A stretch of DNA of 64,000 nucleotides from contig CACHPJ010000001.1 of the NCBI GenBank assembly GCA_902581775.1, forward strand, positions 90,715 through 154,714. Reading direction: 5' to 3'. This stretch comes from an uncultured Pelagibacteraceae bacterium. Lineage in GTDB: Bacteria; Pseudomonadota; Alphaproteobacteria; Pelagibacterales; Pelagibacteraceae. Below, in pieces: positions 62,668 to 64,000 of the stretch. Position 1 is the stretch's first letter; every line of letters starts with the position of its first letter. The notes beneath the pieces were generated by a model. That model saw only the letters and a list, made by a program, of their open reading frames with translations. It had not been told where the DNA came from and did no database searches. The position numbers were made by a program, and so were the translations under genes.

Positions 62668-63741
62668 ATGCAGACAATCACTCCCGAATTAAGTTTTTTG
62701 TCCTTTTTTGCTTTGATAGCCTTTTTTGTTTTTTTGATAATTCAAAAAAACTCTACAAATCTTTTCAACTCAAAATTACTTGATATTGATTTTGGCAAAC
62801 CACAATCTTTTCATGATGAATCAATTCCAAGGAGCGGCGGTCTTGCAGGAATAATTTGTTTTATACTTGCAATAATTATTTTTAAAATTTTATTTTTTGA
62901 ATTTCTATTTGATTATTTGATTATAAGTTTAAGTTTATTTTTAATAGGTTTTAGCGATGATTTGAAAATTCAAATAACCCCAAATAGACGTTTAATATTA
63001 ATGTCTTTAGTCGTAATTACCACAATTATTTTTTTTTCATTATCAATTGAAAAAGTTGATTTAATTTTTTTAAACAAACTGCTTGATAACAAGCTTTTTT
63101 CTTATTTATTTGTGCTGCTTTGTTTTTTATTCGTCATTAATGGAGCAAATTTAATTGATGGTTTTAACGGTTTGCTTGCTATACATTTAATAATAATTAA
63201 TCTAATTCTTTTAAATATCAATTTATTTTACCAAAATCAGGATTTATCATTCATTATAATTTCACAAATAATTATATTGTTTTCTTTCTTGTTATTTAAT
63301 TTTCCAAAAGCCAAAATTTTTTTTGGTGACAGCGGAGCTTATTTGTTTGGATCATTAACCGCTTTAAATATAATAAAAACTAATAATTCTGTAGAAGAAG
63401 TATCTTCATTTTTCTTTTGTATTTTACTTTTCTATCTTTTCTTTGAAGTTTTTTTCTCTTTTTTTAGAAAAATAATAAATAATCAATCTCCATTCAAACC
63501 AGATAATAAACACTTACATATGTTAATTTATAAGTATATAAAAATTGTTTTTAATTTTAAAAATTCAAATAGTATCAACTCAATTCTTATAAATTTAGGA
63601 TATTTATTATTAATTTTTCCAGCAATTTACTTTAAAGAAAATGGAATATTTTGTCGTTATTGGTTTATTTTTACTTTGACAATATATGTATTTTTTTATT
63701 TAAAAATAATAAGTTTCTTGAAAAATAAAATTGATATATAA
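62668..63741 (+). CDS. MraY/WecA-family polyprenyl-phosphate HexNAc-1-P transferase
   Basis: IPRSGG, GFSDD, NGANLIDGFNGL, IFFGDSGAY, PDNKHLH (WecA-like). Confidence 0.88.
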   Translation: MQTITPELSFLSFFALIAFFVFLIIQKNSTNLFNSKLLDIDFGKPQSFHDESIPRSGGLAGIICFILAIIIFKILFFEFLFDYLIISLSLFLIGFSDDLKIQITPNRRLILMSLVVITTIIFFSLSIEKVDLIFLNKLLDNKLFSYLFVLLCFLFVINGANLIDGFNGLLAIHLIIINLILLNINLFYQNQDLSFIIISQIIILFSFLLFNFPKAKIFFGDSGAYLFGSLTALNIIKTNNSVEEVSSFFFCILLFYLFFEVFFSFFRKIINNQSPFKPDNKHLHMLIYKYIKIVFNFKNSNSINSILINLGYLLLIFPAIYFKENGIFCRYWFIFTLTIYVFFYLKIISFLKNKIDI

Positions 63742-63755
63742 AAATATTTAAAGAT

Positions 63756-64000
63756 ATGGAAAATAAATTACCCGAAACAAAACCTAAAGTTCTTAAAAAT
63801 TTTTTTTCTGGAAATGAAATAAATAAATTTATAAATCTTTATCAAAAATTGCCTGTTACAGTCCATAATAAAAAACAAAATGTTATAAAAAAAAGATGGC
63901 TTCAAAAACATGACGAAGAACTCGAAAAATTTTTTTTTCAGAGACTAAAAAGTGAAATAGGTGAATTTAAAATGGATAATTTAAAAGATGAAAATGGACA
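63756..64000 (+). CDS. Partial ORF running off the window, unknown product
   Basis: ATG 63756 open to the end: MENKLPETKPKVLKNFFSGNEINKFINLYQ...; absent from the ORF track because no stop is in the window. Confidence 0.65.
   Translation, partial: MENKLPETKPKVLKNFFSGNEINKFINLYQKLPVTVHNKKQNVIKKRWLQKHDEELEKFFFQRLKSEIGEFKMDNLKDENG

Noticed and set aside
1-64000. tRNA, rRNA, CRISPR array, integrase/transposase, prophage or defence genes
   Set aside because: Largest intergenic gap is 192 nt; no cloverleaf, repeat-spacer pattern or such protein motifs seen by eye

Overview
Very AT-rich, tightly packed core-chromosome segment of a streamlined alphaproteobacterium; gene content, gene order and near-zero spacers point to Pelagibacterales (SAR11), which is an inference and not a database assignment. 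Order: recA (3' end), an AldB-type aldehyde dehydrogenase + DUF779 pair, alaS, icd, psd-pssA-rlmE-guaB-TPR-guaA-panB-yfgM-like-bamB-like, purF-cvpA-MMPL-dnaB-rplI-rpsR-rpsF (minus), fabD-fabG-acpP-gmk, rsmA-pdxA-surA-lptD-lptG-lptF (minus), pepA-ndk, purNM, DUF2066-like-hdaA-aspS, a stand-alone NrdJ C-terminal-domain gene, NDUFA12-DUF2155, accC-accB-aroQ, thiSG, rne, mrcA-prfB (+1 frameshift)-AsmA-like, tyrS, anmK, alpha/beta hydrolase, iscR-sufBCDSUTA, glnA, EamA, a WecA-like transferase and a truncated ORF. I saw no tRNA, rRNA, CRISPR array, mobile element or defence system. The most interesting signals are reductive protein changes: a cysteine-free RNase E lacking the Zn-link, an intact-looking NrdJ-tail-only gene with a new N-terminus at the usual nrdJ position, and a CBS-less IMPDH. 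Also notable are the aldB-DUF779 module with its own regulatory elements, and terminator-free overlapping convergent gene ends. All calls were made by eye from motifs and synteny; no searches were run.
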